Origin: Paraphysomonas bandaiensis
Taxonomy: Eukaryota; Protista; Chrysophyceae
NCBI GenBank assembly: GCA_965644295.1
Contig: CBFFRP010000159.1
Span: forward strand, 61,676 to 125,675
Direction: 5' to 3'
Length of the DNA: 64,000 nt
Made by a program: the position numbers and the translations under genes. The number at the start of each line of letters is the position of its first letter. Within the stretch, counting starts at the first letter, position 1. The notes under the pieces are model-generated. The model had not been told where the DNA came from, did no database searches, and was given only the letters and a program-made list of their open reading frames with translations. Below are positions 12,901 to 27,703 of this stretch, piece by piece.

Positions 12901-15900
12901 TTGATCTAAAGACCAATTATCACTGAACGCAATTTGTCATAATATATCTCACCTGACTCGTTTTTTCAGCAATGAGATTATCTTTTAAAATTATACTCTG
13001 CAGCATTGTTATGATATAGTTTGAAGAAAGTCATATTACCTCCTGAATTTCTCTGCAACGCATTTCAATACCATTTACAAAATCAGTGATAACTCTATCG
13101 GTCATATTGTCACCACTATTTACACCTTTAAAATCACTCAAGGATGAGGTAATCGATTTTGGCAATAGTTTTCCTATTACTTCTTCACAATGATGCAGGT
13201 ATGTTCTCCACGTCGTCTGGTACTCATCCACCTGAGATTTTAGAGAACTAATCACAGACTCATACGTTAATTGTATGGCCTGATTACGGACAATAACTGA
13301 GCGTAATATTGTTGACAAAAGAGTGAATTGTTGTAAAGTTGAGATGGAGAGGAATGTTGTACCCTGCTCACATCGACTAGGTCGGTGTGTGGGTTCAAGT
13401 AGATTCAATCTTTCGACCCTAAGCAACACCGCTGCTAAGCAACTTGCACAATCACCGGGCATCTCTGTTGATGAAGTGATCAATATGCGAATGATATATA
13501 CTCCTTCATCATACGGGCCTTCCGATGAAGATATTGGTGAAACCATATCATCACTAATACCATCCTCGGAGGAATCTTCACGAAAGAAATGGATTTGAAC
13601 TCCATTCACCCCACAGACAGCGTCACTACAGATAATTTGATATTCCTTAGGCAGAGATTTGGAAAAATCCGACAAAGTCATTTCAGTGCCTGTAATCTGC
13701 ATATATTTTCGATCTACAACTTTTTCCAAGCCATTTCCGTCAAAAATATAGCAGGCACCATCCAGCACCCGTAACTCAATACCATCATTTTGTCGTTCCG
13801 TCATGCGATATAAATTATCCGCACAAGCATCCATGAAGTTTTCCAAACTACTCTTTGACTGAGAGAGAACTAACCTACAGTGGTCCAATGGATTTGAAAT
13901 GTCCTGGACAGACTGGGTGTGAATAGATGAATCAATTCCTTGTATAGGAGATGCAAGACTCTGTATGTCTTTCATTCGTGTTACCGTTTCGTTAGCAATA
14001 TGCAAGGGTAGTAATGAGCAGAGAAGCATACTTTCAAGTACCAGAATATCTCGTGGTGTGATTAACGATGTAATTGGTGATCTTGCAATCAAGAAAAACT
14101 CCAGCCCATCAATCCGAAGCGCGCACAGAATGATGTTGTCCTCCTGAATGCAGTCCCCTAAGTCCCCCGAATTCGTCAAATACTGGTACAGCAGTTCTCT
14201 CATCGTTGATTGGCCACAAAAAACATGAATATCTAACATGCCATTGTCAGATATATAACTATAATTCGAGCTGTCGTGGCGTGCAGTCACAATGAATTGC
14301 TGAAATTGTTGCGGTATTTCGGCGCCTTGTCGTAGGGTATCAACTAAACTACTTTTGTAGCTCGCGTTACACACGTAGTTCGCTGAACTTGGATTACGGA
14401 TTAGTGCTGAAGATACGCGCATCGGAAGCCAACACCGCGTAAAAAGCAAATCCCACGTCGTTGAGCTGTAGGGAAAATTTGAATCACGCAGACAAGACTG
14501 CGCTGAACATGAACGTCCCATCCATGCAGCAGGACCAAAGAGCTCTCTTGACACTAAGCTAGTAGCATTCTCAGTGGCGCACATAGTACAATCTCGCACA
14601 GCGCACGACAAAACTGTTGATCTTGAATCGCACGTGGGATAACATCCCGTTCTTAGAGCTATAATTGTGTCAATATTTCGAAGAACATAACTCTGAATAA
14701 CTGATATCCACCGCGAAGCGAAACCCAAACAATGAGGTACTCTACCGCCATCATCATTATCTGCAACAAATATAATAACTGACATCTCAAGCGATGTATT
14801 TGCCAAAGACTCAGAGTAGATAGGGAATAAGTAGTAGGTCGTCAGAGCACTGTGGGACTCCGATTGAGCGCATGGGATAGAACAAGTTCCACTGTGTAAC
14901 GTGCTGTGCGTATCATTCCATTCAATCACACTCGAGAATAGTGTATCCATCAACTGCCACTGTACATAATCTGGCGGAGACGCGGGATCACCACATTGTA
15001 AAACCCAGTGTCCAGCAGCAACGCCCTCATTCACACATAGCATCACGACGCAGTCTCCGCCAAATATTTTCGGTCCCGTTTCATTGATTGAATCAACGAG
15101 AACTTTTCCGACAGTGCCGGGTGTCTCAGTGATATTGGGATGAAAATCCAGCCGAATGCGTATGTCCTCAATGCACTCTTCCATATCAGGTTTTAACTCA
15201 GACGCAGATACAGGAATTTTCTGGGCCCCTGCACCTAACGCACCGAGAGCTAGCTGTATCTCATGTGCTACAGTGCTACACTCAGACAAAACCAGTGGAT
15301 GTTTTTTCCTGCCCGATACAACAATAATGTTTTGACTACCCTGATACATCCCAAGAGAAATTGTAAACCTTGAGCACGCCACGTGCTGTTGTGTATGGTT
15401 CAACGCATCTCGATTTTCATCCCCACCAGCCTGCAGCAGAGACTGCAACAAGTACTGTGCACTCCTAGTTGAACAGGAGAAATCACCCTCTATATCACGT
15501 GTAGAAAGAAGGTCATTTAGCACAATACTGACTTCAATATCCCCATTATCACCACCACTGTCATAATATAACATGTGAATTATGGCTCGCGATAGAGGGT
15601 TTGTGTCAACTTCATCCACGTGCAGTTGATAGGTTGTGGTGTATCCAGCATCGTTCGTTAGCATTAAATCGTAACTCGTCATCTTCTCACATCCACTTTC
15701 CGTCGATATCGGGACAAGTATCACCGCCCACTCGCAAGAAAAACATGCGGCCAGTGTGGTCACAAGAGGTGCACATTGTGGACTGATGTCTATAGTCTTA
15801 AAACTTTCGTTCACGATAGCCTCCATACAAGAACGAAAATGTCGAACCGATGATATGCTATTGGAGAAATATGTGGAGTTAATGTGCGCAGGTGGCGATT

Positions 15901-17182
15901 CAAGCATAGCTGGTGTCGGATATGCGTTGACGATATCGAAAACATGCTCTTCTACCCACTCCCGCAGAAGACAAAATCCGTTTCGAGTGACCGCCAGCAG
16001 CACGTCCACTTCCGACTCAGTAAACAATCGGGTTGGCATGCGATATACAACAGCAGCTCGGATATCCATGATACTCGAATTTGAGTCAGGGCTAGCCATA
16101 GAATGAGACCCTGGACAACGCCACAGTGGTGCTATTCCTATCGACACATCTCTCAATACCTCTTGATTTTCATCGGGGTCATTGTCTGCTCCGCAATCAA
16201 TCCACTGATTACGAATGGCGTTTTTTCGATCGCTACAAATTAAGAGCTCCGTGCCATCAGCGATAGCTTTTTCCGTCAGCGATCCAGAATGATTATTAAA
16301 TACCCTCGTCCCTTTTAGAGCGGACGACACCACAGTGACTCCATTCCCATCGTCCCAGATTAGCAAGATATCGCATTCGACTTCATCAATGGAAAACTCT
16401 AGGATAGAAGGAAGCATCCTCCATATTGTTTCCGTTTTCATGACTATTCTACCGGAACAATCTGCACGCCTGCTCGATAGTAGCAGCCGCAACATTTCAC
16501 GTGACGTCTGCATTCGGCAGAGCTCATTAAACTCTGTCGATGGCTCCAGTTGATTGGCAACAGTAGACATAATAAGTTCTGTAGCAGTCTCCAACAGTGA
16601 GTAGAAGCCCAAGGCAAGATGGGCTGCTTCCTGTGCTCCCACCCCAATTATCACCCACACACATTTTGCGTAGATCGCTATACCAACTGATTCATGGGAA
16701 TGGCTCCAACCCAAAGTATGCAACACATTCTCCGGAATAACATTGGAGCTGCTAATTCCATCTGATGATACACCACAGCACAGCACAATATCATCTAACA
16801 CGGCACTATGACATAGTTGCTTGATCTCGTGATTCTCTTCGACAATAACCCACGAATCTCCTGTTTTAATGCAGCATGCCATAGTTGCATCTACGTAGTC
16901 AGGAAGCCATTTCGCGACAATATGAACAATCATACGGGGATCAGTATTCTTTGACTGACAGCTTGCTGTTAGTTCTGCCCTAGATGCCTCAAAATCTCGC
17001 TCTGCCTCAACAGTGCTCAATTTCTCTTGTAATATAGATATTTGATGACTAAGTTTCGTGTTGGCTTTACGTAAAGAGATGCATTCTTCATGCTCATTTT
17101 TCAAAGCCAATTTAAGCTGATGAACATAGCTCGTCGTCAACTGGTCTGGAGTAACAATGTCAATATCACCAACCAAATTCAT
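9984..17182 (-). CDS. Very large multi-exon protein of unknown function with N- and C-terminal coiled-coil regions; true start probably upstream of 17182
   Basis: ORFs of 1383, 212, 120 and 307 aa on the same strand are joined by short GT-AG introns. Coiled-coil-like exons at 10100-10700. No family recognised. Confidence 0.65.
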
Positions 17183-17726
17183 GATATCTACACTGCGAAT
17201 GATTAAATGCAGCTACTTCTATTCATTAACGATTTTGATTGAAACATTATGCAACTTATCAACCGTGCGATTATTCAAATAAAGAACTCATTGTTAGGTG
17301 AGTCTAAAACGTTATGATAGACGATACAATAGTCGTATTCATGGAAATGGGTTTGATTATTCAGTAATATCTTGATTGTATGGAGATGCTATTCAGTAAT
17401 TCGAATTTATAGAGGTGTCCATATGGATATAGCCAGTATGTCATACAAAACAACATATTTTCATTCACCTGGGCAAAATATCTAGTTTTCTGGCTGTGAA
17501 ATTATACAAAATCTGGTTTTTGTACAGAAACTTAAATGAAACTATAGTATTGATAGCTGTACCAGAATTCAAAACTGAAAACAAAGTGCTCATGTAAGAT
17601 ACCAAAAAAATACTATTTGTGGTTCGGAATATAAGTAATTTTATACACTTGACAGCAGTGCTGTTAATAAGAGGAAACAGCATAGAATAGTGTATTCATA
17701 TTCTAGTGGAGAGCTGATCTAGTAGG

Positions 17727-17987
17727 ATGGTATCCTGATATTCACAACTCATGATTAGTACTCATATGCTTTCTTTGTATTGCAGCCATCTCAGAAGACT
17801 TTTCGCACCAAGCGCACTCTTGGAGTCAAGATGAAGCAAAATCGCCCTGTTCCTCACTGGATCAGAATGCGCACTGACAATACCATCAGGTGTGTCTTAA
17901 AAATATGGAGAATTTAATGTCTAACGTGAGTGTATCAGGTACAATGCGAAGAGAAGACACTGGAGACGCACTAAGCTTGGCCTCTAA
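17727..17987 (+). CDS. RPL39: 60S ribosomal protein L39 (3 exons; first intron directly after ATG)
   Basis: M|[35 protein letters not shown]|[15 protein letters not shown]. Confidence 0.97.
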
Positions 17988-19186
17988 ATAATTCACCCAT
18001 GTTTTGTGGTTGTAATACTATTAACACTCTTCCACTATATTCGTTATGTTTCAGTTATGTCGCGAATATGCTCGTATATTTACCCGATAGTAGAATCGTT
18101 GTATGTTCCTTGTCAACAACTCTCGTTCCATGTATATATACCACGACAGAGCGAATCAGCAACAGAAGCGTCTTATAGACTAGGTATTGCAGTTTAGTCA
18201 ATGGAATTTCTCGCTTAGCTACCGTAGCTATAGAATTGTTAGTCTGCTAACTGATCTGTTTTGAATGATGCTATAGTCCGTTTAAAATAGTTCTGTACCC
18301 GAGGGTATCACACAGGCTGATATGTATATATGTATAAGACATAAGATCGGTAGCACTCAAGATTGATACCTATAAGTCGCTTCCATAGGTGTTATGTTAT
18401 GGTACCTATTGGTAATATGTGTTAGTATTACCTGTGGCTAAAGCACCTAGTATAGCTAGTGTATAGTACCTAGGTGGTGAGAGATAGGCATCCACCTAGA
18501 AGTAGTGTCGCTGTGAATACCTATTGCTATGTACCTAATAGGAACGTATCTATAAGCTAATAGGTATGCACGAAGTCCGTATAGGTACGTCGCAATAGCT
18601 TCATTCTTAACATGATAATTCTTACCACAAATAATAATTATTACAACTATCTCTTAGTAAAATCTAGTTTTTTTGTAAACAACTAGATTTACAATGCAGA
18701 TATACAAAGCCAGGCTGTATAGCAACTAAGGCACTATACAATCAGAGTACTACACAGATAAATTATTGATCTAATAAAATAGTACTGTACGTAATACTGA
18801 AAAAGAGAGTGTCTTCATTACTTGCTCAATACGATCATTGTAAACAAAATAACATTCTATTGATAGTGATAATAGTCGAGATCTTTATTATATTTTCGTT
18901 CAGTTGATATTATTAGATTTTGTCATTGACCGAGTATTACTATTGCACATGCTTTCGAAATCGCTACAAATATGTAGTACAATAGGTATGGTGCCTGTCC
19001 TCTCCTCATTAAACCCTACAATTCGCAACACTTTGCTCAAGGAACATTGAGTATTGAGTACACGAAAAATGTCAAAAACTATCATATGTATCTCACGTTA
19101 TTTACTTTCAAACGCAGAACTAACAATATTCATATGGGTATGGCAATACACTATCCAGTTATAGCTACTAACAAATCACAACGTTG

Positions 19187-19564
19187 CTACTTAGAGTTCT
19201 CCTTCCTCGCAGCATCCTGAAGCAACTCAGTGTCGACTTCACTAGCGGGAATTTGAATATAGCGGACAACAGATCCTCTTATAAAGCAACTCTTAAGGGG
19301 GATCTGAACACTGCATCAGCTGTGGTGATAATAAGACAAAAAACAGTACTTACCAGTTGGGGGTGCTTGTCAGGATTTACAACTTGTACGTCTGTAATTT
19401 TAATATTTAAATATTGGTCAACGGAGAGTAGAGTCCCAGTGATAGACACATCATTCTTAAGCTCAACGGCAACCTCTTTTCCAACGAGAGTCTTGAAGAA
19501 GGAGAAGAACAGCTACAGAAGAAGGTTACTTAATATTAGTATAATATCAGACGAATAGTACCAT
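19187..19564 (-). CDS. LSM2: U6 snRNA-associated Sm-like protein LSm2 (3 exons; first intron directly after ATG)
   Basis: M|LFFSFFKTLVGKEVAVELKNDVSITGTLLSVDQYLNIKITDVQVVNPDKHPQL|IPLKSCFIRGSVVRYIQIPASEVDTELLQDAARKENSK*. Confidence 0.96.
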
Positions 19565-19978
19565 AGCAATGCGTTTTTCAAACGGAATTTATTTTAAAGA
19601 TAGACTAAGTGGTCTCAATAGAGCACAATATGCAGTCAAGTGATATGGTTAAATAGCATATGAGTATATGCACAGCACTGTATGCATCTAGCTAGTCTAT
19701 CAAACACGCACAGAGAGTACATCTGTATTCCACAGTATACCCGTATAAGGATTATCTGCTTTTGAAAGAATTGAGAAAATTCGAAAAGCCTGCTTTACAG
19801 TGCATAAAACTGTCAATCATACGTATATATTTTATATACAACACGGACTTAAATATAACGATTACACCCTCCAGCTAAAGAGGAAGAAGTGAAGAAAGAA
19901 GTGAGGAAAGGGAGTGAGTGAAGTGAGTGGGAAGTGTATCATCTCTCAATGATATTTTGAACGTATATATATATAAAC

Positions 19979-22900
19979 ATGAGGAAACAATCGAGAGTTA
20001 CTATTGTTGCACCCAAATCTGCTCCTGCTATTGCAGCTAAAGATACGAATGAAGCGGCCGCAGAAGCCGCCCTTCATGAGATCAACAAATCCATGAACCT
20101 TATTTCGCCACCTAACCCTTTCGATAGAGGTCCAGCACCGGTTAAAGTATCATATTCCACTCAAATGCCACTATATTCAAATAGTTCCATTGTATCGACT
20201 GGAAAACGCCACAGTATGCGCAAACAGGCTTCAATGATAAAGAGAAAGCAGTCAGATATTCCTGTAGAGGAGACAAAGGGATTCGAGGCAATTAAAGCAA
20301 GTAGTAAGAAAGCAAGTAGTTTAGTAGATTCAATGGCGAAAGAAGATATGCGATGGGCTAATGTTCCTGATAAGAACTACCATGAATATAGAGACAGTGA
20401 CTTTGTGTTCAAATTAAATGAAAATCAACTTGAAGTAAGTAGTATTTTTAATATTGAAATTTATAATTTGATGATGCTATGGTTGTATTAGACTCTTTTC
20501 CAGGGTGTGAGACGCATGGAGTTCGATCCTGCTCTTGTGACAGAGCCCAGTCACGGGGAGATGCTTGTTAACAACCGTGAAGAAGTACGTTATTGTGGAT
20601 TTACTTTACTTACGCTGTTATATGTTTCGACATAATACAATTACGATACAATTTTATATTACTAATTAAAACTGCAGATTATTTCCAAGGCCATTGAGCT
20701 GAGGGCGAAAGATAGGCAGAAAATTGTGGCTGTATATGATAAGTTCAGAAAGTTTAGAAAACAGCAGGATGCAGAGTTTGCAGCACGTCTCAAACGAATC
20801 ACTGATGAGAAAGGTGTGTTGGTGTGCGTCATAAGTGCGGCTGTATTGTAGAGGAGTTAGTGTCATAATGGTGCTATACGTGGTTATATCTCTTTCAATG
20901 CAATAGGACTGCAGCGACTGGAGACCAGGCTTCGAGAGAGAGAACTGCAAGTTGCACGACTGGAGCGAGTGGTTGGGCAAAAGAAGCAATTTATTGACAT
21001 CATCGAGCAATTTGGTACTGCCTCATCTTCTGAGCAGATCAGAGCGCTAATTGAGCTGGTGAGAATAAAATTATCTAATAGATGTCGTTGATTTGTATGA
21101 GCATATGCACTTTACTTGATCTGGGTGTATGCTATTCCTACTTGTGATTGTGATATGGCTAATATATTTGTTGAAGAACGCCCAGGATGATATTCAACTA
21201 CTTGTGCATGCACTTGATGAGGTTGGAGATTGCATCGCCGAGCGGCTATCTGAAAAGCTTGCGATGTCAGAAGAGATATCTAGACTCAGAGAGCAAATAG
21301 TCAGACATGTGAGTCCTACACACCTTTAATGAATAGTTTAACATATAAGTAGATGCCAAACGTGGATCAATTTGATGAAGAACATACCATTGAGATGCAG
21401 CAAAAAGAGTATGCTAAAAGCAGTGTCAAAGTGGTAATCCGTAATTGGTTTTATATAGAAAGGAACTCCGTCTGAAGCTTGAGGCTGTCCAAAGAGACCT
21501 CTCGAAAGCGATCACCAACATTTCAAAGGTATATCGTGTCATACTGTAAAGGAATTAATAATATCATATACAATAAAATGGATTTTGTTGAGAGATGTAT
21601 CTGAAAAGTACAATTGCAGGCGAACGAAATGATCCTAGTTATGGACATGAAAGCAGAGAGCAAAGAGGAACATCTACGCATGGCTACTACTCAGAGTCCG
21701 GAATATATTGAGATAGAATCTCTAAAGGTGTGCGATAGCCTACGCTGTAGGGTGCCCACACATTGTACTGCTATGTAGATTTCACGCATATTATGTAGAA
21801 ATCTATCACGAGACTTAAAGACCAGAAACGAGAGTATGATATTCAAGCGAAAGTAGGTGCCAAAGTTAAAAATATGTATTTCTTTAAAATGTGGAATGCG
21901 TTGCTACACAGGAACTTGAGGAGGTGCTAAAGCAACGCCAGGAAGATGCAATTAAAGCAAGTCAACGCACTTTAGCTCGCCAGCAGTTACCAGCTGAGGA
22001 ATCGGAGACCGATGATGATGATGATGAACTTAACAAGGATAGTAGCATAACCGTACCGGAGACTTTAACACCTGACCCAGAAGCACTTAAGCCTTCACAT
22101 TTACTCAAGGCACAACAAGAACATGCCGCTTCGAGGAGAGCACCACCGGTTGCATCCGCTTTGCTGTCTACGGAACGAAGACCGGCGAACACAATAGCTG
22201 GAGAGAGTACCTCTACTGTTGCGGCTTACGGACTTAGTGCTAGCCGGAAGGCCGACCCTCATGAAGAATATGAGAACTTTGTTGTCTCGGAATATACGAA
22301 GAAATTTGAGCAGGTTTGCTATATATGTTATGATGTTGCGCGAACTGACTGCATTGCATTGAATTATAGATTCTGGACGCCGCCCTCCAAGTAAATACTT
22401 CGCAGAGGCTACTACCGAATGAACTGGACCAGATCGAAGATATAAGCTTCGTAAGACACTTCATAGTTGTGCCACCTGTACTAATAGTTGTTGTATGTAT
22501 GGGTTTGCTCAGAACGATAGCAAGCAGTGGTGCATGATCGATAACATCAGGGTGTGATTTCTACTCTTTCTGTAATAGCTGTAATATATAATTCTACTGT
22601 GGCTAGGATGCTCAAATTAAGCGAAGAATATCTCGTCTGGACTCTCTTGCAGGTGGGATTCTTGATACTGAAACACCGCCTGCGGATGAGGTGGATGCTG
22701 AGCTGGAAGAACTTGATTTGGAAGGGTACGGTCTTGAAGCTGTAGCTGTACAGGTTAGATTTGTGTGGATGATTTTATGTGCAATGCCCTTGATAACTCC
22801 TGTAGCTTCGAAGAATACGCGACATTATTCACATAGAACCTGAAGAAGATGAAAGTACCGAAATCACCCCTATAGCTCCCAGGCGGAATGCGGAGGCAGG

Positions 22901-25747
22901 AATTCTCTTGGAGGGCAACATTTCCTCTCTACTTGGTGTTGACGACCAAGGTAAACTACTTAACGAGGCGTCTCGCAATACTAGTTGCACAGACAGTGGC
23001 TCGGAAAACGACAGTGACAGTGGAAACGAGAGCGATTCGAGTGCGAAGTCTTCTCGTTCGTATCTCAAGGGATCGGACATTTATAGGACGCGTAAGTATA
23101 ACTCCTGTATGCCACATGTAGTTATGCTCGTTGCAGGAAAAAAACTAATGGCAGCAATTGTAAGACGACGGAATAAACTGAAAGAACTAAGGGATAAAGG
23201 AAATAAGGTGGGCATGTAAATTGTTTTATGCTTGTTATTTGAATTGTGGCGTGCAGCTTGACAATAAACTGAATAAATTAAAGAAATTTCTCAAAGGAGA
23301 AGAGTCGAAAAGGTTGCTTGGCATTATGATTTCGTAGTATTATCACAAACCTTGTTATGTTTTAGAACTGCATCTTATCAGAATATTATCAAACTCGCTA
23401 GAGGTGACACGAAAAAGGGACGCAAAGCGACTTTATATTTTAGCGGTATGGAAGATATTTGTGCACAATAATCATGTAGTAATTGAAATACAGAAGTTGA
23501 ACTTAATTCCATCAGAGACCGTAACAAAAAATTACGTAAAGAGAAGGCGATGTGGCAGCGAAAGTACGTCATTCCGGGGTCATCGTTCATTTTAATCTGT
23601 TTTTTCTCAGGTTGACATCACTGCTTAAGACTCCTGCGAAAGAGCTAGAGGCTTCCAAAAGCTCTTTATCGTCCAATCCAGCGACAGTAGACGGAACACT
23701 GCAGCATTTGCAGCACTCTTCAACATCGAGGTCATCAGATATTCAGGATATGTCGACCCCGCATACACAGGATGCATCCCAGAGCAGTGAATCTGATCGC
23801 TTAGCTGATGGGATAGACTTAACATCTGGAAAGTCAACGGTACTGTTTTCTATCTGAGCCATATTGCGAATAATAGCTGATATCCTAAGGCTGACCGAGA
23901 TTCCGCTAAGAGAAGTGATCGTACTGCCTCGATTCCGCAGGCAGCGTTGATAGAGTGCCCTGAACCGCGTGCGCGCACAGGGCCAGCAATCATAGAAAAG
24001 AGTTACAGCCAGGAACTAATGGAATATGCCACAAGGTTTGTTTCGATGTTTTCGAGCTATGTGTTCAATATATGTTCCAGGTCTTTTGAAGAAGCCCTTC
24101 TGGCTGAAGACGATGAGAATATATTTGATGATCACAACAAACTTCTCGAAAAACTGGTGTGTTAATTCAATTGAAGTAGTATAGTAAACGTGCTTCATCG
24201 TCTATGTAGCTCACTTCCCAGAAGAATTTATCTGCTCCTCAGAAGCAACGTCTGCAGACAGGTTTTTGGAGGATTTTTTAATATCTGTTTTTGATTTTGG
24301 GAATAAATGTAGAATTTGGTGCTACTAAATTACCGACTCTTGAACAGTCACTCAAGGAGCTTCAGGATTTCATTAAAATTGAAAGAGTGGATGTTCCGCG
24401 CTCACCTGATCAACTCGGTCGTCAGCGGTACGATCTCTCTATGATGCTGAGTTTTATATAAAATGTTGCTGTAACAGGACTGATAAGAGAGTGAAGGTAG
24501 TTATCGGTGATACTTCGGATGGCAGTGTATTTAACGGTGACAGCAACTTTCTTGTTCGAGGAATGAATTTACATAGCAGAGAAAGTAATCAGCGGACTCA
24601 GAAGGACCAGGGTGTCGGGCAAGAAGGAACAGAGAGGGGACTCTCTGCGAGGCTTTCTTTACCATCTTTTCCATCGACACACCGTTCTAATGCTATAGAC
24701 AGTGAAGGAGACGTTACAGCAACGATAGTGTATACAGGTAATGCGGGACTGTTAGAGGAGGACGACGAGGAAAAGAAGTCGAAAATCGACGGCATGTCAA
24801 CAGAACCTGTGCCGCATTCAGATATTAATGACTCTGTGTCTATCAACTTGTCAGAGTTTGAGGGGCCGAAGCAAAGGAGTGACAATGCCTCAGTACCAAC
24901 AGCTACTGACTCCAGACCGACGTCATATATGACACCCACAACGGCGCACCGGAAGTATTTGAGCAGTGCCCAGTTAGACCACTCACGGAATAAGAATTCT
25001 CCTGCTCCAGTTTACAATTATCCGCGCTTCGCAGGTGAAAATAGTGTTCATGGTAGCCCTGCCGTGGTTGATATGTTCAGTGCTGCGTTGAACACTGTCC
25101 CTGAGGCGAAGCCAGCCTCGGTTATGTTTACTTCACACAAACTGAATACATCGAAGAATTGGCCAGACTCAGTGGGAAAATATGTGCGACAGGACGAACC
25201 CGATGAAGCCCATTCGGAAAGTGTGGACGAACCGATGGAAATTGTGTCTGATGTGGACAGATACAAGAGTTCGCTATTCGCACGTAGCATCGTGACACGT
25301 CAGCTCATAGGGCGTTCATCATGGGACAGAGTTGTAGGCATGCATTCTGAGTTCGTGAGAGAATACATATTATCTCAACTGCGAGACCCGCGAATTGTGT
25401 TTATTATTAATACTGCAGATACAGAGAGAGAAAAGGACCGTTCTGCTATCCGTGCGATGTATTCCAATGCGCCTTCTTTGGATGCTAAACTTGACAGTAC
25501 ATGTATGCCTTGGTTGGGAAAATCAGAAACTCTGATTCCACCATGTCTGATGCATGCGAATAGTGGCGACGCAGTTAGTTCTTTGGAGCTGCAAGAAGAA
25601 GAAAGTGAGGCATATGATAGTTTTCCTGTAATCTCTGCAGAGGATAGTTGTATTAGTAAAGTCATACCGCAGTTAACGGTACATGAGCCTATAGCACCCA
25701 AGCCATCATTTTCACCCCGAAAGCGATCAATGCATTGTGGAAAGTGA
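19979..25747 (+). CDS. Large intron-rich coiled-coil / low-complexity protein of unknown function
   Basis: Chain of short plus-strand exons with GT-AG introns, E/K/Q-rich coiled-coil segments, acidic/Ser-rich tracts, and a 418-aa terminal ORF. Confidence 0.6.
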
Positions 25748-26215
25748 AAAAATCTTGTATTGCTGTGCATAAAGAAGTAGTAAAAGTGTATTTTTCCTTT
25801 AATGATAATGAAACATGTTTATATATGACAGATTGTTATCACCTTTGGTTACCAGGACGTATTCTGTTACGATTTTTTCTAGTATCTTATGTGCTTTAAA
25901 GGTTTCCGTTTCTGCGTTATATTCTTTTTTCTCTTCACCTTCATCACTTTCGTCATCATGATATGGAATCTCACTGGATGACTGGATATACCATGCAAAA
26001 CTGGATAATCTTTTCCATCGTCAGAAAAATATAAAATAAATTTAAAGCCCTGTTTACAGTTTACAGAGGGCGTCAGTATGAAGCGATGCGAAATGTTAGA
26101 TGAAAAAAATGTTTTCGTCGTCGTTATGTGTGTATTCAGTTGTGAACAATTGATATGATTTACCGCATCTAATCAAGTTCAGTGCACTGCTATTATATAT
26201 TACATACTATTATTA

Positions 26216-27703
26216 TCATTTATCATTCACATCCATTATATCATCTTCTGCAACGTTGTAGACTGATTCATGGGATTGATGTAACGGCATAGCCCCATTA
26301 CAAATACTATTCGGTTGTACATCACAATCACCACCAACATTCTCCACACTATGCACTACGGGGTTCGCTACGACCGAAGCAATATGATCTATCGTGATTG
26401 GAGACGTTCTGAGCTGGTGCTTGAAAAGAATCTTGCTCCAGGAATCACCCTCAACTCTCTTTCCAGAAAGCACCTATAAGTAACACCACATGCCCATTAA
26501 TCAGAAAATGAAACTAGAGCAAGATACGTTACACATAAAGCGTAAGCACACACACAGGAGTAAACAGTAGGTAAGTGTACAACTAAGTACTTGTACTTAT
26601 ATACAGGTACAACCTTGTGCATCTGAAAACCCGTCACATGGGGTACCCCAGAGTCTGTGTAGCCAACAGAGGCCACAGCCCCTCTCACTACATCCCCGCA
26701 GACTACAGGTGCAGTCTGTAATTGAGAGGGAAGGGGAACAAGTGGGATACCTTCAAAGGTATGTAGCGCCAATTGGTGAGGTTCTGTGGAGAGCTGGAGC
26801 GCTTTGAGTGCAATTGTTTCCTCACCGTCGGCATCCAGATAGGTAGTGATAGTGGCATCCTTCCACAATAATACGAGAGGGGTCAGCCCTATTTCATATT
26901 GTCCCTCGCGATGATAGAAGAGGAGGCCATTCCTCGGATAAGGCAAAGGAGATCGATATGCTTGCTCCAGACCTGTCAGTGAGCACTCCCAGTGGGGTAC
27001 TGCACGGAAGGAGTGGGCAACTGCACCTCCACCGGATAACCCGGCCGTCTCTTCAAACTTCGTATGCAGCCAAAAAAAACGGAACTCCGCTTCACAATCA
27101 TAGCAGTCCATATCGTTCCAATTCATGATATCAAGAGCATAGTAAGTGTTATCTGCAGGAGTATATATGCACTCAAGTATAGCAGATGATCCATGTCGTC
27201 CAGTCATACCTCCTCCAGGTAGAGGTGACTTAAAACTATGCAACATACATCCATTCTCCAAGTAACTAATAGTCCGCCCTCGAGAAGATACAACAACACA
27301 CCTCTTACCCTCTGGTCGTGCAACTACATACCAATTGCATCTATTAGCATGATATGATCCTAAGTCTGAAGGTATCTCCACCATCCATTCAGGTACACAC
27401 AGCTGACTCTCTTTTATATACTTATCTTTTCGATTACGTCTATTTGAAGTGTCTTCACGAGTCGGGGTATCTTCGATTAGACGTCTCTGATTGGCTAGAT
27501 CTCGACGAAGTGACTTTTGTCTTTTTAAATATTCGTTTCGTTTAGTTTCTTGTGAATACTTATGACTACGTTGCTTGTATCTGTAATACACATCCAATTA
27601 GAAACGAAGAGTGAGATTCACATACCCACTATACTGTGTATAGAATCTCATGGACAATATTAGAATATGGTTTGTACCTGTCTTTCAGTCGAAACTCAGA
27701 CAT
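26216..27703 (-). CDS. SNUPN: Snurportin-1 (m3G-cap binding snRNP import adaptor)
   Basis: N-terminal R-YKQR...QETKRNEYLKRQK (IBB-like), plus PEWM, RPEGKRCVVVSSRGRT, DCEAEFRFFWL and GLLFYHREGQYEIGLTPLVLLWKD motifs. Confidence 0.9.

Noticed and set aside
17727-19564. Introns directly after ATG in RPL39 and LSM2
   Set aside because: Start-codon introns are common in such housekeeping genes; not novel.
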